Shown here: in pieces, positions 20,232 through 31,251 of the stretch
Position numbering within the stretch: the first letter of the stretch is position 1
Layout of the letters: the number at the start of each line of letters is the position of its first letter
Origin: Acidobacteriota bacterium
GTDB lineage: Bacteria > Acidobacteriota > UBA6911 > RPQK01 > CBDAPI01
Reading direction: 5' to 3'
DNA: 64,000 nucleotides
Assembly: GCA_965205345.1 (NCBI GenBank)
Contig: CBDBGQ010000053.1
Location: 129,842-193,841 of the forward strand
Notes under the pieces: generated by a model
The model's input: the letters and a program-made list of their open reading frames with translations, nothing else
Told to the model about the DNA's origin: nothing
The model's database searches: none
Program-made: the position numbers and the translations under genes

Positions 20232-21118
20232 CGTTCCTGAGTACCAGCGTTAGCTTCTAATATTTTCTGTATTTTCTTGAGAGAAGGATTGTCCGAGTCT
20301 AGTTCGAGCGCACGTCTAATAACATCCAGTGCTTTCTTAAATTTACCCTGGTGTCCATAAGCAAGGGCAAGTCCCTCATGAGCTGCTGGATTTTGAGGAT
20401 CTAGTTCTGTCAGAGCATTAAATCGCTCTACAGCAGTTTTGAAGTCTCTCTCTTGCAAAGCTTTTTCACCTGAAGTGCGTAAAATGAATTGCTGGACCTC
20501 ATTTTTTGTTGAGCTAAAACCTGGATCCAATTCGGCTGCTCTTTCTGCTTCAGCCAAAGCCTGTTTCTCGTCTAGCATTCCTGCATAGGCGCGGGCCAAG
20601 TTATCGTGCAAGGTAGCATCCTCAGGATAATGATTTAAAAGTCTTTCCAGCCCTTGGATAGCGGTTTCAAAATCGTGATTGTTAAGTGACTCAAGCACTT
20701 TCTTCTCTAGGTCCTCAAACTCCTCTTGCTTAAGCAAAACTCTGTGGAGATGCTCGGCTGCTTGCATTTTGATCATCACCTTAAAAGGCATGTAGCCCTT
20801 AAGCTGAGCCTGAACCATATAGCTACCTGGCTGTAGACCCCTGAATTCGACTCGTCCCTCTGTATCCGACTTTCGGTAATTCGCTTCTCCCTCTTTTTCA
20901 TCCTCAGCATCCAGAAATATAAGCTGAGTCTCGACACTCTCTAAGGGATCTCCCTCCTTATCAACGAAAGTACAAACCAACGGGTGAGAGGCAACCCGGA
21001 AACCAAGCAAAAAAACAGACAGGATAGTCAGGCTGCTGGCCTTTCCCAGTGCTCTTAACATAGTGTTTCGCTCTCGGTCGCCGCAGAACGCATCAATGCT
21101 CCTTGCAAAAATATTCAA
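20228..21118 (-). CDS. Carboxypeptidase-regulatory-like domain plus TPR repeat protein
   Basis: N-terminal beta-sandwich block (GRVEFRGLQPGSYMVQAQLKGYMPF) followed by TPR units. Has a signal/TM segment after an internal Met. Confidence 0.6.
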   Translation of the reverse strand: MNIFARSIDAFCGDRERNTMLRALGKASSLTILSVFLLGFRVASHPLVCTFVDKEGDPLESVETQLIFLDAEDEKEGEANYRKSDTEGRVEFRGLQPGSYMVQAQLKGYMPFKVMIKMQAAEHLHRVLLKQEEFEDLEKKVLESLNNHDFETAIQGLERLLNHYPEDATLHDNLARAYAGMLDEKQALAEAERAAELDPGFSSTKNEVQQFILRTSGEKALQERDFKTAVERFNALTELDPQNPAAHEGLALAYGHQGKFKKALDVIRRALELDSDNPSLKKIQKILEANAGTQER

Positions 21119-21202
21119 TCCGGTAAATTTGTACCATATTCTGAAGTGTATGTCTTCAGGACAAATGGGACAAAGTGGCCCGGAGCTCTTGTCAATAGAT
21201 GA

Positions 21203-22657
21203 TTAGGCCAAAATCCTCTCGACGACGTTGCCGTGCACGTCTGTAAGCCGGAAGTCGCGGCCCTGGAACTTGAAGGTGAGGCTGGTGTGGTCGATTCCCA
21301 GGCTGTGGAGGATGGTGGCATTCAAGTCGTGCACATGGACCGGGTCCCTGGTGATGTTGTAGCAGAAGTCGTCGGTTTCTCCATAGATGGTGCCGGGCTT
21401 GATTCCGCCACCTGCCATCCACATGGTGAAGCACCGGGGATGGTGGTCGCGACCATAGTTGTCGCCCGTCAAACGGCCCTGACAGTAGACAGTCCTTCCG
21501 AATTCTCCGCCCCAGATCACGAGGGTGTCCTCCAGAAGTCCGCGTTGCTTCAGATCCTTGATCAGGGCCGCCGTGGCCTGGTCGGTGTCGCGGCACTGCG
21601 CGGTGATTTGCTGGGGCAGGAAAAAGTGCTGGTCCCATCCCCGGTGAAACAGTTGAATAAAGCGCACTCCCCGTTCAACCAGGCGCCGAGCCAGCAGGCA
21701 ATTTGCAGCATAAGTTCCAGGTGTTCTCGAGTCGGAACCATACAGGTCGAAAATATGAGCGGGCTCCTCGGAGATGTCGGTCAGCTCAGGAACGGAAGCT
21801 TGCATGCGGTACGCCAGTTCGTATTGAGCGATACGAGTGGCGATCTCGGGATCCCCGAAGTCGTCCAGCTTCAGCTGATTGAGTTCAGCCAGATCGTCGA
21901 GCATGCGGCGTCGCGTTTTGGGGCTGACTCCCGGTGGGTTCGACAGGTGGAGAACCGGGTCTCCAACCGATCGGAACTTTACACCCTGATACCTGGTGGG
22001 CAGGAAACCACTGCCCCATAATCGGTCGTAAAGAGGTTGCCCGACTCTTCCACTACCCTGCGACACCATGACAACGAAAGCAGGGAGATCCTGGTTTTCT
22101 TGTCCCAGTCCGTAGGACAGCCACGACCCAATGCTGGGCCGGCCGGCCAACGGGTCGCCTGTCTGGAAGAAGGTAATGGCCGGGTCGTGGTTGATCGCTT
22201 CCGTATACATGGACTTGATGAAACACAGGTCATCCACCACTTGCGCGGTGTGTGGCATCAGTTCGCTCACCCAGGCGCCAGACTCTCCAAACTGTGCAAA
22301 TTTGAAGTTGGAGGGGGCGATGGGAAAGCGTTCCTGGGTGGACGTCATGGTGGTCAGCCGCTGTCCCATCCTCACGGAAGCTGGCAGGTCCACGCCGAAG
22401 AGTTCCCCGAGCTTCGGTTTATAGTCGAAAAGATCCATCTGGGAGGGAGCGCCGGACTGGAACAGAAAAATGACACGCCTGGCTCGGGGGGCGAAATGGG
22501 GAAGCTCGGGAAGCCCGCCTGTTCTGGCAAAGGCCTGCAGATCATCGCTCAGCAGAGAGGCGAGCGCTGCTCCGCCGATGCCGACACCCGTCCGTATAAA
22601 AAAGTGGCGACGGTTCATCATCACTTGCCGTTCCATGAGGGGATTCATCAGACTCAC
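21203..22657 (-). CDS. DUF1501 domain-containing protein (sulfatase-like fold, Tat signal)
   Basis: N-terminal [21 protein letters not shown] Tat signal plus conserved DUF1501 blocks. Overlaps the upstream PSD1 gene by 4 bp. Confidence 0.8.
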   Translation of the reverse strand: MSLMNPLMERQVMMNRRHFFIRTGVGIGGAALASLLSDDLQAFARTGGLPELPHFAPRARRVIFLFQSGAPSQMDLFDYKPKLGELFGVDLPASVRMGQRLTTMTSTQERFPIAPSNFKFAQFGESGAWVSELMPHTAQVVDDLCFIKSMYTEAINHDPAITFFQTGDPLAGRPSIGSWLSYGLGQENQDLPAFVVMVSQGSGRVGQPLYDRLWGSGFLPTRYQGVKFRSVGDPVLHLSNPPGVSPKTRRRMLDDLAELNQLKLDDFGDPEIATRIAQYELAYRMQASVPELTDISEEPAHIFDLYGSDSRTPGTYAANCLLARRLVERGVRFIQLFHRGWDQHFFLPQQITAQCRDTDQATAALIKDLKQRGLLEDTLVIWGGEFGRTVYCQGRLTGDNYGRDHHPRCFTMWMAGGGIKPGTIYGETDDFCYNITRDPVHVHDLNATILHSLGIDHTSLTFKFQGRDFRLTDVHGNVVERILA

Positions 22658-25600
22658 TCCTTGGTAACAGTCTCGTCCAGGTTCAGAATCAGATTGGCCA
22701 CCGCCGTGTAGGCTGCCAGTTCGCTGGCTTCAAGTTCTCCGTCAGGAGGGGATTCCCCGAGACTGATCAGGTTGGATGCCGAGACTGGATCCTTGCGATA
22801 TTCAGCCAAATGGCGATCCAGTCCGGCGCGCAGTATGGCCAATTCGCGTGGACCCGGCGTTCGGGCCGTGGCCAGGCGGAATCCCAGACGGATTCGCTCC
22901 GCGGCATCATCAGGGCCTTCGCTCATCATTCGCTGCGCGAGGACCCGGGCAGCCTCTACGAAAGTGACATCGTTCATGAGAGTCAAGGCCTGCAGCGGCG
23001 TGTTGGTTCGCGTCTCAGGGACCACACACGTCTCGCGAGCGGAAGCATCAAAAGTGGCCATCACTGGCGGTGGAATGGTTCGTTTCCAGAACGTGTACAG
23101 GCTGCGCCGATACAGATCCTGACCCGAGTCCTGCGTATAACCTTCCAGGTCGGACAGCTCTTTCCATAATCCGGCCGGCTGGTAGGGCCGAACCGAAGGG
23201 CCCCCAAGCTTCTCGACCAAAAGCCCGCTCACGGCGAGTGCCTGGTCTCGGATGACCCCGGCCGAGAGTCGAAGGCGAGGTCCACGAGCCAACAAACGAT
23301 TCTCCGGATCCGTCTTGAGCAGCTCCGGGGTGAGTCTGGAGGACTGCCGATAGGCGGCACTCATCACGATTGCCCTTTGCAGGGCCTTGATATCCCAGCC
23401 AGTGCGGACGAACTCGGCGGCCAGCCAGTCCAGGAGCCGGGGATGGGTTGGCGGTTCACCTCTCGAACCGAAGTTCTCCGTTGACCTGACCAGACCTGCA
23501 CCAAAGTACATCTGCCAGAAGCGATTCACGGTTACCCGCGCTGTCAGTGGATTGGATGCATCTACCAGCCACCGGGCCAGGCCCAGTCGATCGTTTTTCT
23601 GTCCGGATGGCAGGGGAGGAAGAATCGCCGGAACATTGGCATCGACTTTTGCCCCCGGATTGTCGTACTGTCCCCGCTCCAGGATGAAGGTATCCCTTGG
23701 CGTCGCTCTCTCCGCCATGACCATAGTAGTGGGGATGCTTTCTACGAACTGGTCCCGTTCGTGCTGCCAGCAGATAAGATCCTGCCAGGTCTGTTGGAGC
23801 GAAGCAGGGGCATGGCGTTCCAGAAAACATCGGCGCAGCTTGGTCAGCTGCCGCGGGCTTCGGCCTGCTCGTGGGATGGCTGCAATTTCATCAATGGAGT
23901 TGGGCGTGGCCAGGACCGCTGCCTCTTCGGCCGTGAGGGCAACGCCGTAGACTTCGACCTCATCGATATACCCGTGGAAACGACTCTGGGCGCCCCCACG
24001 CGCGCCAATCCGCAAGGGCTCATCAGCGTTGAAGGGCTGGTTCAGGGCATCCAGCAGCACTTCCAGCTTCTCCGCTTGACCGTCGACGTAGATGGTCACA
24101 CCGGAAGCTACTCGAGAGCCATCGCAGGTTACCAGAACGTGATGCCACCGCCCCGCAGTCAGGCTCCTTACCGTTTCCACCCGGATGGCATCATCCAGCC
24201 GTCTGGCCGAGAGACTCAGCTGGATCTTTCCTTCTTGAATCGCAAGACTGTAACCGAGCGATTCATCGGTATCATCCATTCTTGACAGGATGGTGCCGTC
24301 CGAGACGTCGCTGAAATAGACCCATGCTCCCAGTGAAAACTTGTCCATAAAACCGAAGTCGCCGGTGTCGCCGGCATCGATGAAGCGTCGGCCGTCGAAG
24401 CTGGCAGCCTTTCCGAATCGGCCCCGGACGAAGACAGCTTCGCCCTCCTGAACCTGTGCGTTCGGGGAGTCGGTGCTTTCTTCTCTGAACACACCCTGGA
24501 TGTCCCCGTCCAGTGGATAACGTACTACCAGGCCGCGGGTAATCGTCCAGTCGACGGGGGGGGCCTTTTGGAGAGACTTCTCCCACTTCGCCTGGGCAGC
24601 CGCTATGTTCGGGCGCAGGTCTGCGAAGCGCTTTGTGGCAGCGGCTACCTTCTGCTCCAGTTGTCGCAGCCGAATCTGTTGCTCGGGAGTCGGAGCTTTG
24701 ATCATAGGGGGAGAGTTGCCGTGTTTGTTGGCTTTCCCCTTCTCGGGTACGTTGTTGAAGAAAGCGAAAAACTGATAGAACTCCTTCTGTGTGACCGGGT
24801 CATATTTGTGGTCGTGACAGCGAGCGCAACCCATCGTGAGGCCAAGCCACACCGTGGAGGTAGTGTTCACCCGATCGATCACGTATTCAACGGCATACTC
24901 CTCCGGGATCACTCCGCCTTCCCCGTTGGCCCTGTGGTTTCGATTGAAGCCGGTGGCAATCTTCTGATCGAGGGTGGCGTTGGGCAGCATGTCACCCGCG
25001 ATCTGCTCGACCGTGAACTGGTCGAAGGGCATGTTCTCGTTCAAGGCGGCGATTACCCAGTCACGCCATCTCCACATGTACCGCTCGCCGTCGCTCTGAT
25101 AACCGTTGCTGTCCGCGTAGCGAGCTGCTTCTAGCCAGGGCCAGGCCATGCGCTCCCCGTAGCGGGGTGACGCCAGCAGCCGTTCGACCTGCTTCTCGTA
25201 GGCATCAGGCGACTGATCATTCAGGAAGGCATCGACTTCTGAAGGCGTGGGTGGGAGACCCGTCAGGTCGAGGGTGACACGCCGAATCAGGGTTGCCCTG
25301 TCCGCCTCCGGTGATGGTTTCAACCCTTCTCGCTGCAGGCGCGCGAGAATGAAATAATCGATCCCGTTGCGGGGCCAATCCGTGGCTCTGACTGGCGGCA
25401 GCTGCGGCTGCTGCAGGGGAGAAAAGGCCCAATGCTGACGCCATTTCGCCCCTTGTTCGATCCAGCTACGGATGAGATCGATCTGGTCCCGAGTCAGCTC
25501 CTTGCCGGACCAGGAAGGAGGCATACGCTGAGCCTCGGTGTCGGCGCTGATGCGCCGCAGGAGTCGGCTTTCGCCTGGATTCTCAGGTGCGACCACCCGA

Positions 25601-25836
25601 TAGCCGCCGCGGTCGGCAAAGATTCCTTCCCGAGTATCCAGCCTCAAGTTTACCTGGCGCTGTCGCTCATCGGGGCCATGGCAAGTGAAACAGTTATCCG
25701 ACAGGATCGGCCGAATGTCGCGGTTGAACTCAACACGCGGCAAGTCTGTGTCCTGGCCCGGCAGTGGATTTACTGCTGAGAGCAGCGACCAGACCAGACA
25801 GAACAGGAAACGGTCCAGTCGTGCTTTTCTCTCCAT
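22654..25836 (-). CDS. PSD1/DUF1553 plus DUF1549 plus planctomycete cytochrome C domain protein with an inserted LamG/ConA-like domain
   Basis: Contains the [11 protein letters not shown] heme-like motif (PSCyt1) with DUF1549 and DUF1553 blocks. It is the classic partner of DUF1501. The internal start at [21 protein letters not shown] is preferred over 25989. Confidence 0.8.
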   Translation of the reverse strand: MERKARLDRFLFCLVWSLLSAVNPLPGQDTDLPRVEFNRDIRPILSDNCFTCHGPDERQRQVNLRLDTREGIFADRGGYRVVAPENPGESRLLRRISADTEAQRMPPSWSGKELTRDQIDLIRSWIEQGAKWRQHWAFSPLQQPQLPPVRATDWPRNGIDYFILARLQREGLKPSPEADRATLIRRVTLDLTGLPPTPSEVDAFLNDQSPDAYEKQVERLLASPRYGERMAWPWLEAARYADSNGYQSDGERYMWRWRDWVIAALNENMPFDQFTVEQIAGDMLPNATLDQKIATGFNRNHRANGEGGVIPEEYAVEYVIDRVNTTSTVWLGLTMGCARCHDHKYDPVTQKEFYQFFAFFNNVPEKGKANKHGNSPPMIKAPTPEQQIRLRQLEQKVAAATKRFADLRPNIAAAQAKWEKSLQKAPPVDWTITRGLVVRYPLDGDIQGVFREESTDSPNAQVQEGEAVFVRGRFGKAASFDGRRFIDAGDTGDFGFMDKFSLGAWVYFSDVSDGTILSRMDDTDESLGYSLAIQEGKIQLSLSARRLDDAIRVETVRSLTAGRWHHVLVTCDGSRVASGVTIYVDGQAEKLEVLLDALNQPFNADEPLRIGARGGAQSRFHGYIDEVEVYGVALTAEEAAVLATPNSIDEIAAIPRAGRSPRQLTKLRRCFLERHAPASLQQTWQDLICWQHERDQFVESIPTTMVMAERATPRDTFILERGQYDNPGAKVDANVPAILPPLPSGQKNDRLGLARWLVDASNPLTARVTVNRFWQMYFGAGLVRSTENFGSRGEPPTHPRLLDWLAAEFVRTGWDIKALQRAIVMSAAYRQSSRLTPELLKTDPENRLLARGPRLRLSAGVIRDQALAVSGLLVEKLGGPSVRPYQPAGLWKELSDLEGYTQDSGQDLYRRSLYTFWKRTIPPPVMATFDASARETCVVPETRTNTPLQALTLMNDVTFVEAARVLAQRMMSEGPDDAAERIRLGFRLATARTPGPRELAILRAGLDRHLAEYRKDPVSASNLISLGESPPDGELEASELAAYTAVANLILNLDETVTKE

Positions 25837-26182
25837 TCCGGTCATTATACTGTCTGTCTCATCACCATGAACCCTTATTCCCGCTAGTGGGAAGTGGGTG
25901 CTGCTTCCATTCCCGGGTGGACCCCGATCGGGAGCCCAGCCCACCATCCCCGCTGCTTCACCATGTGGAACCACTATCTTTTCAGTCAAGGGCTGCCGCC
26001 CCAGGTCAAGGTTCTCCGTTTTGTGCCAGTAGGAGTCAACTTTTCGACAGGACGAACAGAACGGTAGAGCGTCAGCTTACCGTTGGGGAAACGGCGCTTA
26101 CACCTTGCCGTTCTGTGGTCGTGGCGCCAAAAAACTTTCAGCACCAGAGTCCAACGCTCGTCGGTCTGAGGAGAAGCCTCGT

Positions 26183-27520
26183 CTAGCTCCAGGGAAAGGG
26201 ACTGTTGGAGACGGGATGAAGTTTGCCCGCGGCATAACGGGCGAAACGGAAGGGCTCTAAAAGCTCGCTTCGCGTGCCCAGAATCTCGGAAGCGACCAGC
26301 TTGCCCAGGCCCAGCATCTTGTAGCCGTGATTGGAATCGGCAATCAGATAGCAGTTCTCTCGAAACACGTCGAAGACGGGGAAGCTGTCGGGAGTAAAGG
26401 CCCCCAGCCCTCCACTGGGCTCATCTTTGTAGAAAAGGTGGGTTCCCTCGAAGCGCTTCTGGCAGAAAGCCAGAGCTGAACACCACATCCGAGCGAAATC
26501 TTGCCCGACCACAAAGTCGGGCGACTCGGGGCCATAGGGATCGACTCTGACTTGGTCCGGGTCGGTCTCAACCCGATAAGGCATGGCCCCGCCTTGAATG
26601 CCCTCAAAATGAAAGTCGGGTTTGTAGTAGATTCCCCAGCCCTCGTCTCGAATCAACGTGCCCTCGAAGTCGTAGAGCGGTTGATCACAATCGAAGTGGA
26701 TGACCGGGGGCATCCGGCCGTCGTTCGTCTTCTGAAGCGCGGGGTCGACTCCCAGTGTCCCTTCCTGTAGACACCAGTAGGTCCACATCTTCACCCCGGA
26801 ATGCATCCTTCCGTTGGCTTTTATGCTGATCGTCCCGGGTAGCTCCAGCATTTCCCAGACGGATTTTACCCAGGGCCCGACTCCCACGATCACATAATCG
26901 GTGTGGATCGTTCCCCGGCTGGTCTCGACCGCCGAAATCGACTCTCCCGAGAACTGAAAACCCGTGACCTCTACGCCCGAGAGAATCTGGACGCCTTCCT
27001 TCTCCGCCTTGCGCGCCAGACCCTGCATGGAGGCCATGTTATTCGCGTATCCACCGTTTTTTTCGTGCAGGATCGAAGTCGTCCCTTTCGCCTGCCAGTC
27101 GTGGAGAATGCTCCTCATGTAGTCCCGGCAGTCAGCCTCGCCCTCGATGAACTCCGAGGGGTAACCGATCATCTGCTGCTGCTCGTAAATGGTGGCCACG
27201 TCGGCATGCATCGCTTCGGGACTGATCTGCAAATACCCGACGGAATGGTAACTGTAGGCCTCCGGGTCGCTTTCCCAGACCTCCACACTGTGGGCCATCA
27301 GTTCCCGCATGGCCGGCTGGAAGTAGTTGTTGCGAATCACGCCGCAGGCGATGCCCGAAGCACCGGCACCGATTCCGCTCTTATCAACGACCAGGATTTC
27401 AGAGCCCGTGCCTTTTCGACGTGCCTTCAAGTCGAGGGCCAGGTGGTAGGCCGTGCTCAAACCATGCACCCCGGCGCCAATCACTAAATACCTGGCAGAA
27501 GGGGGAAGATTCATAAGCAA
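26183..27520 (-). CDS. FAD-dependent oxidoreductase (DAO family; sarcosine/D-amino-acid oxidase-like)
   Basis: N-terminal YLVIGAGVHGLSTAYHLA dinucleotide-binding motif and a DAO-family C-terminal region. Confidence 0.75.
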   Translation of the reverse strand: MLMNLPPSARYLVIGAGVHGLSTAYHLALDLKARRKGTGSEILVVDKSGIGAGASGIACGVIRNNYFQPAMRELMAHSVEVWESDPEAYSYHSVGYLQISPEAMHADVATIYEQQQMIGYPSEFIEGEADCRDYMRSILHDWQAKGTTSILHEKNGGYANNMASMQGLARKAEKEGVQILSGVEVTGFQFSGESISAVETSRGTIHTDYVIVGVGPWVKSVWEMLELPGTISIKANGRMHSGVKMWTYWCLQEGTLGVDPALQKTNDGRMPPVIHFDCDQPLYDFEGTLIRDEGWGIYYKPDFHFEGIQGGAMPYRVETDPDQVRVDPYGPESPDFVVGQDFARMWCSALAFCQKRFEGTHLFYKDEPSGGLGAFTPDSFPVFDVFRENCYLIADSNHGYKMLGLGKLVASEILGTRSELLEPFRFARYAAGKLHPVSNSPFPWS

Positions 27521-27594
27521 TGACTGTAGGGGCCGGTCTTGTGCTGCCGGAGAGGGTCGCCCCTACGTATTTCCTTACAAGCGGAACCCGTCAT

Positions 27595-28002
27595 TCAGAA
27601 CTTCTTGTAAACCTTCTTGAGTTGCACGAGGGGGTGTCTGCTCGACATCTGGAATTTGATCAGCAGTTCGCGGGCGATCATGTCCCGCTCCTGTTGTGTT
27701 TCCGGCAATTCAATGTCCTCAGGGACAATGACCCAGCCGTTGATATTTCGGTCGAAGACTGCCGGCACACCCTCTTCATAACCCATATGCACGTCTTCCA
27801 GCCAGTTGAGATCCTCCCACTCCATCCTCTGAATGTAGTCCTTCAGGAGGGGTGTGAGCAGCGAGTAATCGGGCAAAAGATTGACGTCATAGCGATAACC
27901 GATATGTTGTCCGATTTCTTTTTCACGCTGGCTGTCGATCCCATCAGATTCCAGGTAGTAATCGACATCCTTCTGCTGGTCAGAGCCGGTTCTAGAGCCC
28001 AT
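27595..28002 (-). CDS. Hypothetical acidic protein (135 aa), translationally coupled to the FMN-binding GltB-like gene
   Basis: The ORF overlaps the upstream gene by 11 bp. I recognise no family; it is rich in D/E/W/Y. Confidence 0.4.
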   Translation of the reverse strand: MGSRTGSDQQKDVDYYLESDGIDSQREKEIGQHIGYRYDVNLLPDYSLLTPLLKDYIQRMEWEDLNWLEDVHMGYEEGVPAVFDRNINGWVIVPEDIELPETQQERDMIARELLIKFQMSSRHPLVQLKKVYKKF

Positions 28003-29377
28003 TCTTGCCCCCTTGCCCCACGATGTAGTCTGTCCCAGCCAGAGGTAGGCGAGCCATGGCCGAGGCTTCGGTGGTCAGGGCTGCCAGATCCTCCGGTTCC
28101 AGCGAATGGATGTTTGTCTTGCCACAGGCCCGAGCCAGCATCTGGCATTCCATGGTGAGCGTGTGCAGAAAATTGTACACGCGGAGGGCGGCTTCATCTG
28201 GATTCAGACGCTTGCGCAGCTCCGGGTCCTGGGTGGTCACTCCTACCGGGCAGAGCCCGGTGTGGCAGTGATAGCAATAGCCGGCAGGAACTCCGACCGT
28301 GCCTTCGTAGTCTGCCTCCGGAATGTCCTTGTTGCAATTGAGGGCCACCAGGGCGGCAGTTCCAATAGCTATCGCATCGGCACCCAGAGCCAGAGCCTTC
28401 GCCACATCGCCTCCATTGCGAATGCCTCCAGCATAGACCAGTGAGATATCGCCGGTCTTTCCCACGTCGTCGAGAGCCCGGCGAGCTTCCCGGACAGCTG
28501 CAATTCCGGGAATACCTGTTTCCTCGGTAGCCAGATGAGGACCAGCTCCCGTGGAGCCCTCCATCCCGTCCAGAAAAATACTGTCCGGTCCCGTTTTAGC
28601 GGCCATGCGAATGTCGTCGTACACTCGGGCGGCCCCCAGCTTCAGCTGAATCGGAACCTCCCCGTTGGTCGCTTGGCGAATCTCCTCTACTTTCAGCGAC
28701 AGGTCATCCGGCCCCAGCCAGTCGGGGTGCCGGGCGGCCGAGCGTTGATCGATGCCGGCGGGAAGGGACCGCATCTCCGCCACCTGATCGGTGACCTTCT
28801 GGCCCATAAGGTGCCCACCCAGTCCCACCTTGCAACCCTGGCCGATGAAAAACTCGACGCCGTCGGCGATTTGAAGATGGTGTGGGTTGAACCCATAGCG
28901 GGATTGAATCAACTGGTAAAGCCATTTGTCAGAGTAACGGCGTTCGTCCGGTAGCATCCCTCCCTCACCGGAGCAGGTTGCCGTTCCGGCCATGGTGGCT
29001 CCTCGCGCCAACGCCACTTTCGCCTCATAGGAAAGAGCTCCGAAGCTCATTCCCGAAATGTAAATCGGAATATCCAGAACCATGGGTCGTTTGGCCCTGG
29101 GGCCGAGAACCGTCTTCGTTTCGCACTTCTCCCGATATCCCTCGATGACAAAACGCGTCAGTGTGCCCGGCAGAAAGGTGAGGTCATCCCAGGTGGGGAT
29201 CTTCTTGAAGATGGCCATGCCCCGCATGCGGTAGCGGCCCAGCTCTGCCTTGATGTGGATATCATCGATGACCCGGGGGGTAAAGAGAAAGTTCTGACCG
29301 AGCACATGTTGATTGCGTCTCTGTCCGGTCGATTCCGGGCCCTCACGGGCGGACTTCTTTTCTTCCTGGGCTGCCAT
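27992..29377 (-). CDS. FMN-binding glutamate synthase family protein (GltB domain-2-like; MgsC-like large subunit)
   Basis: Conserved GltB FMN/Fe-S region blocks (GEGG, CHTGLCPVGVTTQD). Confidence 0.8.
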   Translation of the reverse strand: MAAQEEKKSAREGPESTGQRRNQHVLGQNFLFTPRVIDDIHIKAELGRYRMRGMAIFKKIPTWDDLTFLPGTLTRFVIEGYREKCETKTVLGPRAKRPMVLDIPIYISGMSFGALSYEAKVALARGATMAGTATCSGEGGMLPDERRYSDKWLYQLIQSRYGFNPHHLQIADGVEFFIGQGCKVGLGGHLMGQKVTDQVAEMRSLPAGIDQRSAARHPDWLGPDDLSLKVEEIRQATNGEVPIQLKLGAARVYDDIRMAAKTGPDSIFLDGMEGSTGAGPHLATEETGIPGIAAVREARRALDDVGKTGDISLVYAGGIRNGGDVAKALALGADAIAIGTAALVALNCNKDIPEADYEGTVGVPAGYCYHCHTGLCPVGVTTQDPELRKRLNPDEAALRVYNFLHTLTMECQMLARACGKTNIHSLEPEDLAALTTEASAMARLPLAGTDYIVGQGGKNGL

Positions 29378-29469
29378 GAACCTTCCTTTCCTCGACTCCC
29401 TATCCTGACCAGCCCATCACGAAGTCCTGGGCGGGCCTCGAGATCGCTGGGTGGAAGCTCTCCGAATGG

Positions 29470-30315
29470 TTATAGAACAATCTTCTTCTCCGCCGGCTCC
29501 AGGTTGTCGTAGTTCCAGAGCTGTTTGCCGGCAACGATCTTGTGGAGATTGGCTACTCCGTTTGGCGCTTCGAGTCCATAAAGGGCCAGTTTTCGTTCCA
29601 GCCAGGTCGCTTCGAGTTCCGTCATCTCAGCAGGTACTGCATCCGTCCCCAGCGACACGATTTTCCCGCCCACGTAAATGGTTCCGTCGTACATGGAGTC
29701 CCCCAGATCAGCCCCGACGTCGCCCAGAATGATGATGCGCCCGCGCTGCATCATGAAGCCGCTAAGAATCCCGCTGCGCCCGCCGACAATGATGGTTCCA
29801 CCCTTCATGCTGATGCCTGTTCGGGAGCCGGCATCTCTCCGGCAAACCAGGTCGCCGCCCCGTATTGCCGCCCCGAATAGAGACCCGGAGTTTTTCTCAA
29901 CGACTACCGTCCCGGAAAGCATGTTTTCGCCGCAGGACCACCCTACCCGGCCCTTAATGGTTACATTGGGTCCGTCGATCAAGCCTGCCGCGAAGTAGCC
30001 CAGGGAGCCTTCGAATTCCAGTTTGAGGCGATTCAGGATGGCAACGCCCAGAGAGTGTTTAGCATTGGGATTCTGAACAGCGATGTAGCCATAGCCCTGC
30101 TCCATCAGCTCGCGAATTCTAAGTCCAATCTCTCTCGAAGTCATTTGAGCAGCATCGAACCTGGCCTGCTTCTCGAAGTCCACTTCGTAGGCGCTGGGGT
30201 CAACTAGGTTCTCTTCTTCCTGGGCCGAGAAGAAGACACGGTGAGTTCTCCCCGCAAGCTTCTCTTCGTGAAGCCCCAGATCGTCGGATTCATCCGTTTT
30301 GTTCAACTGTGCCAA
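29470..30315 (-). CDS. Glutamate synthase GXGXG (alpha-subunit C-terminal domain) family protein (MgsB-like)
   Basis: Repeated beta-helix GXGXG units (GGTIIVGGRSGILSGFMMQRGRIIILGDVGADLGDSMYDGTIYVGG). Confidence 0.8.
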   Translation of the reverse strand: MAQLNKTDESDDLGLHEEKLAGRTHRVFFSAQEEENLVDPSAYEVDFEKQARFDAAQMTSREIGLRIRELMEQGYGYIAVQNPNAKHSLGVAILNRLKLEFEGSLGYFAAGLIDGPNVTIKGRVGWSCGENMLSGTVVVEKNSGSLFGAAIRGGDLVCRRDAGSRTGISMKGGTIIVGGRSGILSGFMMQRGRIIILGDVGADLGDSMYDGTIYVGGKIVSLGTDAVPAEMTELEATWLERKLALYGLEAPNGVANLHKIVAGKQLWNYDNLEPAEKKIVL

Positions 30316-31238
30316 ACTCTCACCTCTCCGGCGTATGGATCACAAGTATCAATCTCATGGGGGAAAATACTGCGAATGGCCACCTCTTCAGAGGCCATGG
30401 CAATGCAATCTTCTCCCTCGTAAAGTACCATCGGCTTCGCCGCCATGACATCCTTGGCCATGCCCAGACTGTCGGCAGTGGCGACCAGGTAGGTAAAGAC
30501 GCCGTCCAGTTCCTTCACAGAATCGTGTAGAACCTCTTGCAGCTCGTCTCCAGCCTCCAAGCGGTGGGCTATGTAAACGGCGATGAGTTCCGAGTCGCAG
30601 TCGGAGACAAAACGACGGCCCAGCCGCTCGAGCTGCCGGCGCTTACTCCAATAATTGGTCAGTTGTCCATTGTGAACAACCGAGATGTCGCTGAAGGGGT
30701 AGGCCCAAAAGGGGTGTGCTGAGCAGATGTCCACGTCCGATTCCGTAGCCATGCGGACGTGTCCGATGGCATGCGTTCCAGTGAAGCTGTCAAGGGAGTA
30801 GCGGGTGGCCACGCTGCCGGCATCCCCGAGGTCCTTGATCAATTCCAGGGACCGGCCCAGAGACAGGATTTCAGCCCCCTCCACATCCTCTATGAAGGCA
30901 CAGAGGCGGCCCAGGTCGCCCTCATATCTGATGCGATAGCCGAAAGCGTATTCGGTCGGCTGATGGGCCTGGACGATCTCCCCGCCCATGGAGGCGATGC
31001 GCTCGTCAACTTCAGCCTGGCGCTGAGCGATTCTCTGGCGGATCTCAGAGCCTTCGCTCAAATCCTCCTGCTCGGCCAGTTTGAAGCGGACCACCAGCTC
31101 CTCCGGTTCGGGAGCCCCATACACGGCAAACCCCGCCGAATCAGGTCCTCTGTGCTTCATGGACTGGAGCATGAGGGTCAGTTCGTTCCCGATTTCCCCA
31201 GCCGTGTTCTTGTGAATAATTCCGGCGAGGCCACACAT
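30303..31238 (-). CDS. Class II (Ntn) glutamine amidotransferase-domain protein (GltB domain-1-like; MgsA-like)
   Basis: MCGLAGII N-terminal catalytic Cys right after Met. Overlaps the GXGXG gene by 13 bp. Confidence 0.8.
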   Translation of the reverse strand: MCGLAGIIHKNTAGEIGNELTLMLQSMKHRGPDSAGFAVYGAPEPEELVVRFKLAEQEDLSEGSEIRQRIAQRQAEVDERIASMGGEIVQAHQPTEYAFGYRIRYEGDLGRLCAFIEDVEGAEILSLGRSLELIKDLGDAGSVATRYSLDSFTGTHAIGHVRMATESDVDICSAHPFWAYPFSDISVVHNGQLTNYWSKRRQLERLGRRFVSDCDSELIAVYIAHRLEAGDELQEVLHDSVKELDGVFTYLVATADSLGMAKDVMAAKPMVLYEGEDCIAMASEEVAIRSIFPHEIDTCDPYAGEVRVWHS

Positions 31239-31251
31239 AATCCCCTCAATT

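Noticed and set aside
21233-22021. 262-aa plus-strand ORF inside the DUF1501 gene
   Set aside because: It is antisense to a strongly supported gene and has no domain features.
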